From positions 1 to 64,000 of IMG/VR virus record IMGVR_UViG_3300031918_000006: a DNA stretch of 64,000 bases; one strand, written 5' to 3'. The DNA comes from a virus. Below are positions 39,970 through 49,945 of the stretch, piece after piece. The position numbers were made by a program, and so were the translations under genes. How positions within the stretch are numbered: position 1 is the stretch's first letter; each line of letters opens with the position of its first letter. The notes under the pieces are model-generated. The model ran no database searches. It was given only the letters and a program-made list of their open reading frames with translations, and was not told the origin of the DNA.

Positions 39970-41787
39970 ATGAGAATAAATATACAGAAATTACAAGCAG
40001 GAGGAGGTCTATTAACTTATAGACCAACTCCTTCCTTTCAGCAACAAGAAGCTCCTCCTGCTCCTCCAGCAGAAGCTCCAATCAGTGATGATCTATTAGA
40101 TAAGATGGTAGGAGCTGGTATCACTAATGATGTTATGGAATATGCTAATGAGGTCAATGCAAAATTTAATGCTTATAGTACAATGCCTGAGTCATTAAGA
40201 AATTCTAGTGTGGGACGTACCATCAGACAGAGTTTAAAGGGAGATAGAGGAAGACTAAATGAAATTCTTAGGTCTAAAAAATACTTTGATGATACTATTG
40301 AAACTAAGAAAAAGGCTATGTCAGAGTACGCTATTAAAGATGGCCAAGTACTTGTAAAAGATGCTGATAATAATATAGCCAATATGTCTTTAGCCCAATA
40401 CTCTCAAAATCTTCAAAGTGAAGAACCTAAATATAAAGCAATGACTAATGATGAGTTAAGAATTGCTAGAGAAACTGATCCCAGATTTGCTGGTAATAAC
40501 ACATTAATTGATATACTCTCCCATGCTACATCTACAGATGAAGTTACTGAAAGAGTTAGGAAAGCTTTAACTGATATAGGTAGTTTTACTAAAGGTCAAG
40601 CAGATGTATCTTATGAGCAACAGCAGATAGCAGATGGAGCCAATGCAGCTCTTAATAAAGGACTATCTTACGTTAAAACATCAGAGGGTGAATTTAAGCA
40701 ATCTAACGCTGAGAATTTAAAAAGAGCTGGTAATGCTATGTGGGCTAATTTGGATCCAGATTCTAAGGATTTACTTAGAATGAAAGTAGTTCAAACTAAT
40801 TTGTATAAACCTGAACAAATAGAGAGCGCGGCAATGGGATTAGCGTTATCTTTGTTGCACCCAAAAGAAACCGAAATAGACAAATCAACTTCTGGGGAAG
40901 GTAAACCTGGTACTACTAAAACTGGTGGTGCAGGTTCTGCTAATAAAGCAATCTTAGGATATTGGAAAGCTTCCGTTACGGGAGAAGGAGTTCCTGAAGA
41001 AATTTCTGTATTAAATGGAGATAGTAATAGAGTAGTGATGAAGGGTTGGACTATGGGACCTATGGAGACTGATAAAAAAATGCTAAAAGGTCCAACAAGT
41101 ATTGATAAAATTCCTGAATTAGGAAGTATTGGTGAGATGAATAGTGTATACTTCGGTGATAAACGAGTAGATTCAAGTAAATTTGATTCAGTTATATATG
41201 ATAATACTAAACCAGCTATAGTCATGATGCCTTTTAAAGAACAGGATGATGGAAGCATTATGCCAGACTTAGAAAGAGCTAGTGATTTAGAAGATGCTCA
41301 ACAAATCATCAAAAAACAAAATATTACATCACCAGAGATTAAAAAAGAAATTTACAGACAGCATAATTTTAATAGTTTTGATAGTAAAGGAGAACCTACA
41401 CAAGATGTAGAAGTAAGACCTTTCTTTACTTTCTCTGCTTTTTCAAATTCTAATGCTATTGAAGGAGATTCTAAATGGTTTAGTCCAAAAGATGATAGAT
41501 ATGATTGGTATAAAAAACAATTCGAAGAAGGTCCTAAAAAGACGGTTTCCTCTTCTTATTTTGACACCTCAATGTTTGCAGGATGGGCTAAACCAGATGT
41601 ATTAAAAGGAATGATTTATATACCAGTAAGAAAGGGAGCTGCATTCCTCTCAAATTATGCAGATCAAACAGAAGTTAAATTGCCTACTGAATTTGAAACA
41701 AATGAAGCATACGCAGGAAGCAAAAGAGCAGCTCCTGAATTTAGACAATTAGACAAAAAAACAAACTTAAGTTCAAGCACATTATAA
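39970..41787 (+). CDS. Putative ejected cargo protein
   Basis: 605 aa, starting MRINIQKLQAGGG. Directly abuts both neighbours. Confidence 0.65.
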   Translation: MRINIQKLQAGGGLLTYRPTPSFQQQEAPPAPPAEAPISDDLLDKMVGAGITNDVMEYANEVNAKFNAYSTMPESLRNSSVGRTIRQSLKGDRGRLNEILRSKKYFDDTIETKKKAMSEYAIKDGQVLVKDADNNIANMSLAQYSQNLQSEEPKYKAMTNDELRIARETDPRFAGNNTLIDILSHATSTDEVTERVRKALTDIGSFTKGQADVSYEQQQIADGANAALNKGLSYVKTSEGEFKQSNAENLKRAGNAMWANLDPDSKDLLRMKVVQTNLYKPEQIESAAMGLALSLLHPKETEIDKSTSGEGKPGTTKTGGAGSANKAILGYWKASVTGEGVPEEISVLNGDSNRVVMKGWTMGPMETDKKMLKGPTSIDKIPELGSIGEMNSVYFGDKRVDSSKFDSVIYDNTKPAIVMMPFKEQDDGSIMPDLERASDLEDAQQIIKKQNITSPEIKKEIYRQHNFNSFDSKGEPTQDVEVRPFFTFSAFSNSNAIEGDSKWFSPKDDRYDWYKKQFEEGPKKTVSSSYFDTSMFAGWAKPDVLKGMIYIPVRKGAAFLSNYADQTEVKLPTEFETNEAYAGSKRAAPEFRQLDKKTNLSSSTL

Positions 41788-41788
41788 T

Positions 41789-44700
41789 ATGGAAAATACT
41801 AAAGATACCAATGATTGGGTAGCCGCTAATTTAGCATTACCTGGAGCTCCTATAGAGGAATTTAAACAGAATAATATCACTCCAGAGAATACTACTTTAA
41901 AAGACAAAGACTTCTATAAAGGGACAAAAACAATACAAGAAACTTTCACTAATCCCGAGAATGGTAAATTTGATGATGATAAATACAATCAATTTTATAA
42001 TTCTATGCTATTCACTTATAATGAATATGCTAATCAAGATGCAGTAGGTAAAGCAGATAAAGACTTTGACTACGCACCCTTTGACATGTTTGCACCGCAA
42101 AATGCCAAAAGAGTACAGGATTTATATAAAATAGAAAAAGTAAGAAATCCTTTTAAAACAAAAGTTGGTATTGAGGATTTTAATTATAAAAGTAAACCCG
42201 CACTTTCTTTAGAGGAAATAGCTCAGGATAATAATGTTAGAGACCATCTTACTGGAAAAGTATTAGATTGGACTCCTAATGATGATAGTGCCACAGGTAT
42301 TTTTGATTTTCTAAAAAGACCTACTTTAGTAGTGGGGCAATATGATGAAGATGGGGAACACTATGATGAGTTTGAAGGAAGAAAAATTAAACACAGAAAA
42401 GGCGATTATAAATTAGATGCAGATGGTAAACCTTATTTTGAAACTTTAGGAGATAGAGAAGTTTATAATAGAGAAGTTTTAAATTGGTCTGATACTCTAA
42501 CAAAAGAAGGTACTTGGTTAAATAAGTATGACTTCATGGATTCAGATGGTTTAGATAAATCTCATATTGGCAGTGTTATGAAAATGGCTGCCAAAGTAAC
42601 TCCTTTATTCATACCTGGCGTGGGTGAAATTTATGCTGCTGGTATTTTAGGAGTAGATTTAATGAATGTAGTCCCAATTCTATTAAAAGCTGGAATAGGT
42701 TCTGTAATTGGAGATAGAGATACTGATAAAGATTACTGGAAAACAATGAATAAAGTACAAGGAGTTGGTAAAACTCTCTCTGCTAATTCTGTTTCAGATT
42801 ACGCTAAAACCAGTACATTTTCTTTTGAGAATATAAGTTCTATGTTGGGTGATGTATTTACACAATTATACACACAAAGAGCTATAGCCTCTATTCCTAA
42901 ATATATAGGAATGAATAAAGCTAGTGTAGAACCTTTAAAAGAAGTAGCTGAGCATTTTGATGATGCTACTATAGCTAAAATATTTGAGGGGTCTCTTACC
43001 ACTGGTGAACGTCATATGATACTTGAAAAAGTACCAGAAGCTGCTAATTACATTGATAGGGCAGTTAAATCTGCTAAGTTATCTAGAGCACTAGCTACAA
43101 CTTATATGTCAGCTACGTCGGCTGCAGGTGTCGCAGATCAAGCCAAAGCAATAGGTCTTGATGAGAGAGACACAGGTCTTTTATATTTAGGAACTTCTTT
43201 AGGCTTTTTTGGTATGATGACTTCATTGCCAATTGGAGAATGGGCTTTGAAAGGAATTGGTCTTGAAGAAACTGGTTTATTAGTTAATAGAGGTATTAAA
43301 GATGCTGCACAACCTTTTGTAGAGGATCTTAAGAAACTAGGTAGTACTATGGTAAAAACACCAAGAGATTTTCAAAAAATCTTTAAAATAGGTAAAGCCA
43401 TTGGTGATGCTGTAGGAAAAAAACTTAGTCATGTGGATGGTTATTTAGGAGCTATGGCTTCTGAGGGAACAGAAGAAGTCACAGAACAAGTTATGCAAGA
43501 TTCTATTACTAATATTTATAATGGATTAGCTTCCTTAGGAATAACTTCAACTCAAGATCCTAAAAAACAGTTTACTTACGGAGATACCTCTGATATAGTT
43601 GCAAACTATGCCATGAACTTTTTTGGTGGTGTAGCAGGTGGAGCTATGTTTAGATTTCATGATCAAATTGCAAATGGCAGTAGAGAAAATGATGAATCTA
43701 CTAAAGATATTTACTGGTTAATTAGAAATGGTTATAAAGATAAATTAGATGCTGCTACTAATAAATTAATTCAAAAGGGATACTTTGGAAGTACTACATT
43801 AACAGCTGAACAGGTAGATATAGATCTTCCAGGAGCTGGGAGAAAGACAGTTATGCGTCCTAAAAGAGATGGTGATTTATCTCAAAATGAAGTTATAGGT
43901 AGAACTATGTTGGGGCTATTTAATAATGTCCAGAATCAAATATTTCAAGAAGGAATTCAACCTGATAGTGCTCTTACCAGAGTGCTTGATGCTAGATACG
44001 ATTTAATAGTAAAAGATTTAAAAGTGAATAGTTCTCTTTATGAGGACCATACTGCTCTTGTAAATGATATTTTAGGATTAAATAATGATATTGCTAAAGC
44101 TTTAGCAGTTCCAGCAGATTTAAACTCTCCTGAATCAACTGTATTAGCTACTGCAGAATCTGTAAATGCTATGCAGATAAAATTAGCAGAAAAAAGAGAA
44201 GCTTTAAAGTTGATTACTTCAGGAGAGGCCTTTCCCTCATATCAAAGCCAGGCTTTATTTAATATGAGTCAGGTACTTAATGGTGCTTTTGGAAATACAT
44301 CTGCTGATGATTTAGCTTGGAATAAATATAAAAAACATTATAGAGGACTTAATGAAACTGAGAAGAAAGACATTGATGAAGAATATGTTGCTTGGAAAGC
44401 TGCTAATAAAAAAGATGCACTTAAATCGGGTTATCGTACATTTAATTTTCTTAATGAAAAATTCTCTCCTAGATTAGCAGAACTAGCTAAATATGCAGAA
44501 CAAAGAAAAGGACACTATACATTAGTAGATGAATTAGGTAATAAAAATAAGTTTAATCTCTCTGCAAATACATTAGCTGAGATTAGCAAATCTAAAAGTT
44601 ATTTAGGTAAAACTTTAACTGTTAGTGAAGCATTAAATGATGCTATTAAAGGAAAAAAAGATGTTAATTCTATTTTAAAAGCAGTGGATGATATTATGGG

Positions 44701-47700
44701 ATTTGTTACCAATCCTAGTATTGACAGACTTGATAAGAATTTTACCAATGAAATGAGGGATGTATTTGACGGGCTCACTTTAAATGATTTAATTGGAGAA
44801 AATGCATCTTTATTTGATACATTAAGTGAGGATGAAAACTTTAATGAAGAGGGATTACCTGGAACTGATTATGACTTATTAAGTATAGATGATCTTTTAA
44901 ATGAGAATCTTACAAGTGTTTTTAATAAACTAGACGCTGCTAAATTACATAATAAAGATAATCAACGTGCATTAAATACAATCACTAAAATCACTTCTTA
45001 TATATTAGGTAATCCTAATGTTAATTTGATGAATAGTAAAAAAGCAGAATTTGAACAAGCTGTGCACGGAAGAACTATTAATACTTTAAATGAATTATTA
45101 GACCAGTTTGATTTTTTACAAAATGGAACTAAATCTACTATTACTCAATTATTAACAAATGAGTTTGAAGCTTTAGGAAAAGTAAATGATATCAATGATT
45201 ATCAAATATATAATCCTAATACTATTGAAAATTTAGAAAGTGCTAAAGTATTACTTGAACGTTTACAAGCTTTAGTTATTGCCTCAACAGAATATGATCA
45301 TAAAAAACATGGTATCTCAGGTTATAATAGTATAATCAATAATACATTTAAAGGATCTCAATTAGGAATTATCACACAAGAACAAGCTACTCCTTTATTA
45401 AAAGAAATTCAACAAATTAATGCAAAAATTGAATTATTTTTAACACTCTCTGCATTTAATAAAGAGAGTAAAGTGAAAAATAATATAGCTTCTGGTATAA
45501 ATATGGAGACTCTGTTCTTTGGACATTTACAAGAAGGTTCTTTTAGAAATATGTTGGATAGTTTAAAAATAGAAGAAGAAGAATTCATTACTCCTGATAT
45601 GGCTAAATCTATCGAGGATGCTAAAACCATAAAAAGATCTTTAGAAATTAAACAATCTAAAGAAGGAGAACTTCCATCTTCAGATGAAGAAGTATTTCAA
45701 TTTGAAGCAGAACGTTTAAAAATAAATAAAGTATTCTTTGAGAGAGTAAAAGAACTTAATTTAAAATATGGAGAAGATAAAATACACGAATTACTCTTTA
45801 ATAATACGTTAGCTAAACAATTATTTCCAGTAGCACAAATGAGTCATGCTACTCCTACTAATTTTAATACTACTACAACTCAAATTCAACCTTTAGATTT
45901 ATTTATATGGTGGAATACAATGGTTACAGAGGATCCTGCAGAATTCTATACTGAATTAAGAGGAGATGAAACAGAACCAGGTAAATATGATGGAATAGAA
46001 ACAAGTAAATATGTTCCATTTTATGCACAAGAGTATTCTGCTAAAATTATATTAAGTTTTCTTGATAATAAAAGTTGGATAAATAAATCTCTTAATTATT
46101 TAGGAGGAGTTGATACAGAAGGCGCTGCTATTACTGGTACTTTTATGGGTAAATTACATGAAACCTTTAAAAATCTGGTATTTGTAAATGGTGTTCCTGG
46201 TGCTGGTAAATCATCTGCTGTTGGTTATACCGTAGCTAAAATATTGAAAAAGAGAGGTAAAACTTTCTGGACTGCTGGCGCTTATGATACACAAGCAAAA
46301 CAATTGGAAACTCTATTAGAAAATCCAACTGCAAATGTTTCTTTTAATAAAACACGCTTATTAGCACAATTTCTTATTCCAGAAGCTGTTACAGAAATTA
46401 CTAATTCTAATGCTTCTTGTTTAGGCAAAGGAAGTATGACTGATATTGTAACTAAATTAGCTGAAAATAAATTAATTAAACTTAATAGAGTAGTAGAGAA
46501 ACAAGAGGGAAAAGAATATGAAAAACTTAAGGTAGGTGAAATTAAACCAGAAGCATTCTTAGAAATAAACAGAAGTACTTTACCAGCAGCAATTTTTTTA
46601 GATGAGATTACTCATTTATCTATGATTGAATTAGAAGCATTACGTCAATCCTTAATACGTTTAGGAGAAGATGCTCCTCTTATAATAGGTTTAGGAGATT
46701 CACTTCAAAATGGTTTTAGAATTGCAGGGGAAGATCATAATATGGATATGTTTAGAACTTGGAATACTCCAAAATTAGCCGGATCATTAAGAACATCTAA
46801 TGATTTAAAGAATACTAATCTTATCAATACAGTTGCTAGATATAGTATGATTACAGAGGCTTATGATAAAGTATTTACTGAACAAAGTGTAGACTATGCT
46901 GCAGTTAAAGCTAATATTGAAAGCATGCATAATCCTGATGATGAATCTACTTGGTATAAATTAGGTCACCATACTAATGAGATGGGAATTGTATTTGGAG
47001 AAAAGGTATCTAATGCTTTAGGAGTGTCTAAAGATTTAAAAAATATCTTAGATAATACAATTGGAACTGTGGGATTTATCACTGATAATAATACCTCAGA
47101 AAATGAAATTTTATCTGGATTAACTCCTTCTCAAAAAAGTAGATTAGACATTAAAAGTATAACTGATGTACAAGGTTTAGAATATGATCACATAGTAATA
47201 GATGTGGATTGGAATGCTTTAGCTCAAGATACTCCTATGGGTCCGCTTAACTTTATTTCAAATGTTTATACTTTAACTACTCGTTCTAGAGTTGGGAGTT
47301 TAATATTGGATAGAAATTTTAGTACCAACAATTATTTAGTAGTTAAATCTCAAGAAGCTAATCAAGTAATTGATGTTACTTTAGATAAAGAAATTCTTAA
47401 AAAATTTAAAGAAAAAAGAGTAGAAGATGTAACTAAATTAGCTAATTTTTTTGAAGGTACTACTTCTGTGACTCCTAAGATTAAATCTAAAGACGTTACT
47501 CCAGCTATTCTTCCTGTATCTGCTACTGAAAGTTTTGCTCAAGAAATTAAGAGAATGGACGAGGAAATTGAGGCAGCTGAAGCTGGTAATAGTTCTACAA
47601 ATAGACAAATGCCCACATTAGATCTAGCTCAAAAAAATACTCATTTAATGACTTACCCTTACTATGAGAGAGTAGGAGTTCCTGGAGAAGATGCTCTTAT

Positions 47701-49945
47701 CTTTGGTTTAGAAGATGGAGAAAAACCTGATTTAAAATTCCTTATGGATATTAAAAACTCTGTATTCTATGGGGCAGGTGAAGATAAAATTATGGAAATC
47801 CTTAAAAATAAAGGAATTGATAATATTGATAGTTTAAAAGTAGTTGTGAGAGCTTCTATGTATAATCCTGTTACCGATACTGACAATTCTAAAGTTGTAA
47901 GTGGTAAAAGGGATGCTGATCAAGAGTTAACTACAAAAGATGTGTTTTTAAGGACGGCTTTAAGAATTGAACGTTCTGATAATACTGGAAAGTTATCGCC
48001 CTTTTATATTACTTTAGGTGTATTTTCTTCTCCTAAAAGTACTTCAAAATATGATTATAAAAATGATGCTAAATTAAGTGATGTACTTAAAGATGTTACT
48101 GCTAAAGCAGAATTAGCTTTAAAAACTTCACCTAGTGTTGATTTAACAATTAATCATAGTAATCCTCTTGAGTTATTAAAATATACTACTAATATTCAAC
48201 TTGATTATTTAGAAAATCCAATTAGTTTTAAAGATTTTAAAGAAGATCTTAGTAGATCAGCTGTAGTTTCTCCTATTCATATTTTTACTGGACATAACAG
48301 TGCAGTAGCAGGCAGTCCCTCACAAAATCAGAGATTAAATGAGTGGATTAAAAAGGGAAATAACTCAGCTAAAGAAAGATCATTGGCCGGGAGGGCAGTA
48401 GTATTTGTATCTTTTGATAATAATTTAAAGTCTAGTGAATTAGCAGATAAATTTGCAGAAGAGATTATGACTAATAGTCCTAATCCTAGAGTAAAAGCTG
48501 TGATGTTAAATTCTAAAGGAACTGATCCTAAAATTTGGTTCGAAAATGCTTGGAATACTTTAGCAGATGCTAAAAAGAAACCTACTGAAAGAGTTGCGAT
48601 GGGAACTTTAGCATCTCAACATATGGCTACTTTTATGGCTAGTACTATTAAAATGATGGCAGACTCTTCTAAATATACAGGAAAAACAGAGATCATTAAG
48701 ACTATTGCAAAGACTATAATTGAGAGACTTGGTACTGGTGAGGGTAATATGAATATTTTAGAAATAGATAGAAATGCAGAAGAAGCATTTAGATGTAAAG
48801 TTAAAGCTTATACGGATGATAAAATTAAAAATCCAGAAGAGTACTTAGCCTCAGCTGCTGCTGGTTATCTTAAATTAAAACCAAATCAAAGAATCTCTGC
48901 TTTTAACTTTAACCATACTTATAGATTATTAGTAGGCATGGGTATAGCAATGAATGGAGGTTTACACTCTGAAAGTGCAGAAGTTAAGCAGTATTTTGAA
49001 CCTATTTCTAAATATACAACTCAATATGGAGAATTTTTAGAAGAATTTTATAGTTTACTTAGAAAGGAATTTGTACATGGTATATTTTCACATCCTTCTT
49101 ATAATATTAGAGGGCCACGTACTAATAATGATTATGCTCAAATAGTAGAAAATGAAGAGGATGATTTTGAAGTAACAGCTCGTGCTACACTTCCTAATTC
49201 ACTTTTAAATCTTCAATTAGTTATGGATAATAAACAGTCTTTAAATAAAGAACAAACTGAAAAATCTAGAAATTTATCAAGTATCTCTGATTATATAACT
49301 TTAAGACAAAATAGTATGTCTACAGAAATGATTGAGGAATTTATTAGAGGAGCTGGTGCCATTAGAAACTTATATGATGTAGGAAAAGAAACCTCTGTTG
49401 CTGCAATTATGTCAAATATTGACGCTCTTTATGATAAATTATCAAAAGCAGTGTATACTACCTCTAATTTAATAGACGGTATTAATAAAATGCAATGGAC
49501 TAATACTGAAGTCTCTCAAAAAGATGTAAGTAATCCTGAGAATAAAATTCAGAATAATGGGGATGGTTCTTTTGTAGTTACAGGAAATAATGGTAAATTT
49601 GACTTCGAAATAAAATATAATATGAATGAATCAATCGAAGAAAATAAAATGAAAATCACTACTAATGAAAGACCTATTCCTTTAGAAGAAGTTGGTAACC
49701 TTATACAAAAAACTACTGATTTAGTAAATAAATTTAAAATGCAATACTCAGACATTATTCCTGAGGATATATTTGCAAATGTATTAAGTGCTCTATCAAC
49801 AGGAACAAGAGAAATAGTACCAGGAAGTGCAATGCAAATGGCATTTGCACAATTATCTGCACAAGCTCTTACATTAGATGATGAAGCATTACTAAAAACT
49901 TTACATGACTACACTAATACAAAAGACATCAATACTTGTAACTAA
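41789..49945 (+). CDS. Giant virion protein with hydrophobic N-terminal region and SF1 helicase-like P-loop domain
   Basis: 2718 aa with motifs GVPGAGKS (near 46190), IFLDE (near 46600), LGDSLQ, VQGLEYD and YTLTTRS, plus an EGTEE..EQ..Q motif and candidate TM helices. Confidence 0.8.
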   Translation: MENTKDTNDWVAANLALPGAPIEEFKQNNITPENTTLKDKDFYKGTKTIQETFTNPENGKFDDDKYNQFYNSMLFTYNEYANQDAVGKADKDFDYAPFDMFAPQNAKRVQDLYKIEKVRNPFKTKVGIEDFNYKSKPALSLEEIAQDNNVRDHLTGKVLDWTPNDDSATGIFDFLKRPTLVVGQYDEDGEHYDEFEGRKIKHRKGDYKLDADGKPYFETLGDREVYNREVLNWSDTLTKEGTWLNKYDFMDSDGLDKSHIGSVMKMAAKVTPLFIPGVGEIYAAGILGVDLMNVVPILLKAGIGSVIGDRDTDKDYWKTMNKVQGVGKTLSANSVSDYAKTSTFSFENISSMLGDVFTQLYTQRAIASIPKYIGMNKASVEPLKEVAEHFDDATIAKIFEGSLTTGERHMILEKVPEAANYIDRAVKSAKLSRALATTYMSATSAAGVADQAKAIGLDERDTGLLYLGTSLGFFGMMTSLPIGEWALKGIGLEETGLLVNRGIKDAAQPFVEDLKKLGSTMVKTPRDFQKIFKIGKAIGDAVGKKLSHVDGYLGAMASEGTEEVTEQVMQDSITNIYNGLASLGITSTQDPKKQFTYGDTSDIVANYAMNFFGGVAGGAMFRFHDQIANGSRENDESTKDIYWLIRNGYKDKLDAATNKLIQKGYFGSTTLTAEQVDIDLPGAGRKTVMRPKRDGDLSQNEVIGRTMLGLFNNVQNQIFQEGIQPDSALTRVLDARYDLIVKDLKVNSSLYEDHTALVNDILGLNNDIAKALAVPADLNSPESTVLATAESVNAMQIKLAEKREALKLITSGEAFPSYQSQALFNMSQVLNGAFGNTSADDLAWNKYKKHYRGLNETEKKDIDEEYVAWKAANKKDALKSGYRTFNFLNEKFSPRLAELAKYAEQRKGHYTLVDELGNKNKFNLSANTLAEISKSKSYLGKTLTVSEALNDAIKGKKDVNSILKAVDDIMGFVTNPSIDRLDKNFTNEMRDVFDGLTLNDLIGENASLFDTLSEDENFNEEGLPGTDYDLLSIDDLLNENLTSVFNKLDAAKLHNKDNQRALNTITKITSYILGNPNVNLMNSKKAEFEQAVHGRTINTLNELLDQFDFLQNGTKSTITQLLTNEFEALGKVNDINDYQIYNPNTIENLESAKVLLERLQALVIASTEYDHKKHGISGYNSIINNTFKGSQLGIITQEQATPLLKEIQQINAKIELFLTLSAFNKESKVKNNIASGINMETLFFGHLQEGSFRNMLDSLKIEEEEFITPDMAKSIEDAKTIKRSLEIKQSKEGELPSSDEEVFQFEAERLKINKVFFERVKELNLKYGEDKIHELLFNNTLAKQLFPVAQMSHATPTNFNTTTTQIQPLDLFIWWNTMVTEDPAEFYTELRGDETEPGKYDGIETSKYVPFYAQEYSAKIILSFLDNKSWINKSLNYLGGVDTEGAAITGTFMGKLHETFKNLVFVNGVPGAGKSSAVGYTVAKILKKRGKTFWTAGAYDTQAKQLETLLENPTANVSFNKTRLLAQFLIPEAVTEITNSNASCLGKGSMTDIVTKLAENKLIKLNRVVEKQEGKEYEKLKVGEIKPEAFLEINRSTLPAAIFLDEITHLSMIELEALRQSLIRLGEDAPLIIGLGDSLQNGFRIAGEDHNMDMFRTWNTPKLAGSLRTSNDLKNTNLINTVARYSMITEAYDKVFTEQSVDYAAVKANIESMHNPDDESTWYKLGHHTNEMGIVFGEKVSNALGVSKDLKNILDNTIGTVGFITDNNTSENEILSGLTPSQKSRLDIKSITDVQGLEYDHIVIDVDWNALAQDTPMGPLNFISNVYTLTTRSRVGSLILDRNFSTNNYLVVKSQEANQVIDVTLDKEILKKFKEKRVEDVTKLANFFEGTTSVTPKIKSKDVTPAILPVSATESFAQEIKRMDEEIEAAEAGNSSTNRQMPTLDLAQKNTHLMTYPYYERVGVPGEDALIFGLEDGEKPDLKFLMDIKNSVFYGAGEDKIMEILKNKGIDNIDSLKVVVRASMYNPVTDTDNSKVVSGKRDADQELTTKDVFLRTALRIERSDNTGKLSPFYITLGVFSSPKSTSKYDYKNDAKLSDVLKDVTAKAELALKTSPSVDLTINHSNPLELLKYTTNIQLDYLENPISFKDFKEDLSRSAVVSPIHIFTGHNSAVAGSPSQNQRLNEWIKKGNNSAKERSLAGRAVVFVSFDNNLKSSELADKFAEEIMTNSPNPRVKAVMLNSKGTDPKIWFENAWNTLADAKKKPTERVAMGTLASQHMATFMASTIKMMADSSKYTGKTEIIKTIAKTIIERLGTGEGNMNILEIDRNAEEAFRCKVKAYTDDKIKNPEEYLASAAAGYLKLKPNQRISAFNFNHTYRLLVGMGIAMNGGLHSESAEVKQYFEPISKYTTQYGEFLEEFYSLLRKEFVHGIFSHPSYNIRGPRTNNDYAQIVENEEDDFEVTARATLPNSLLNLQLVMDNKQSLNKEQTEKSRNLSSISDYITLRQNSMSTEMIEEFIRGAGAIRNLYDVGKETSVAAIMSNIDALYDKLSKAVYTTSNLIDGINKMQWTNTEVSQKDVSNPENKIQNNGDGSFVVTGNNGKFDFEIKYNMNESIEENKMKITTNERPIPLEEVGNLIQKTTDLVNKFKMQYSDIIPEDIFANVLSALSTGTREIVPGSAMQMAFAQLSAQALTLDDEALLKTLHDYTNTKDINTCN

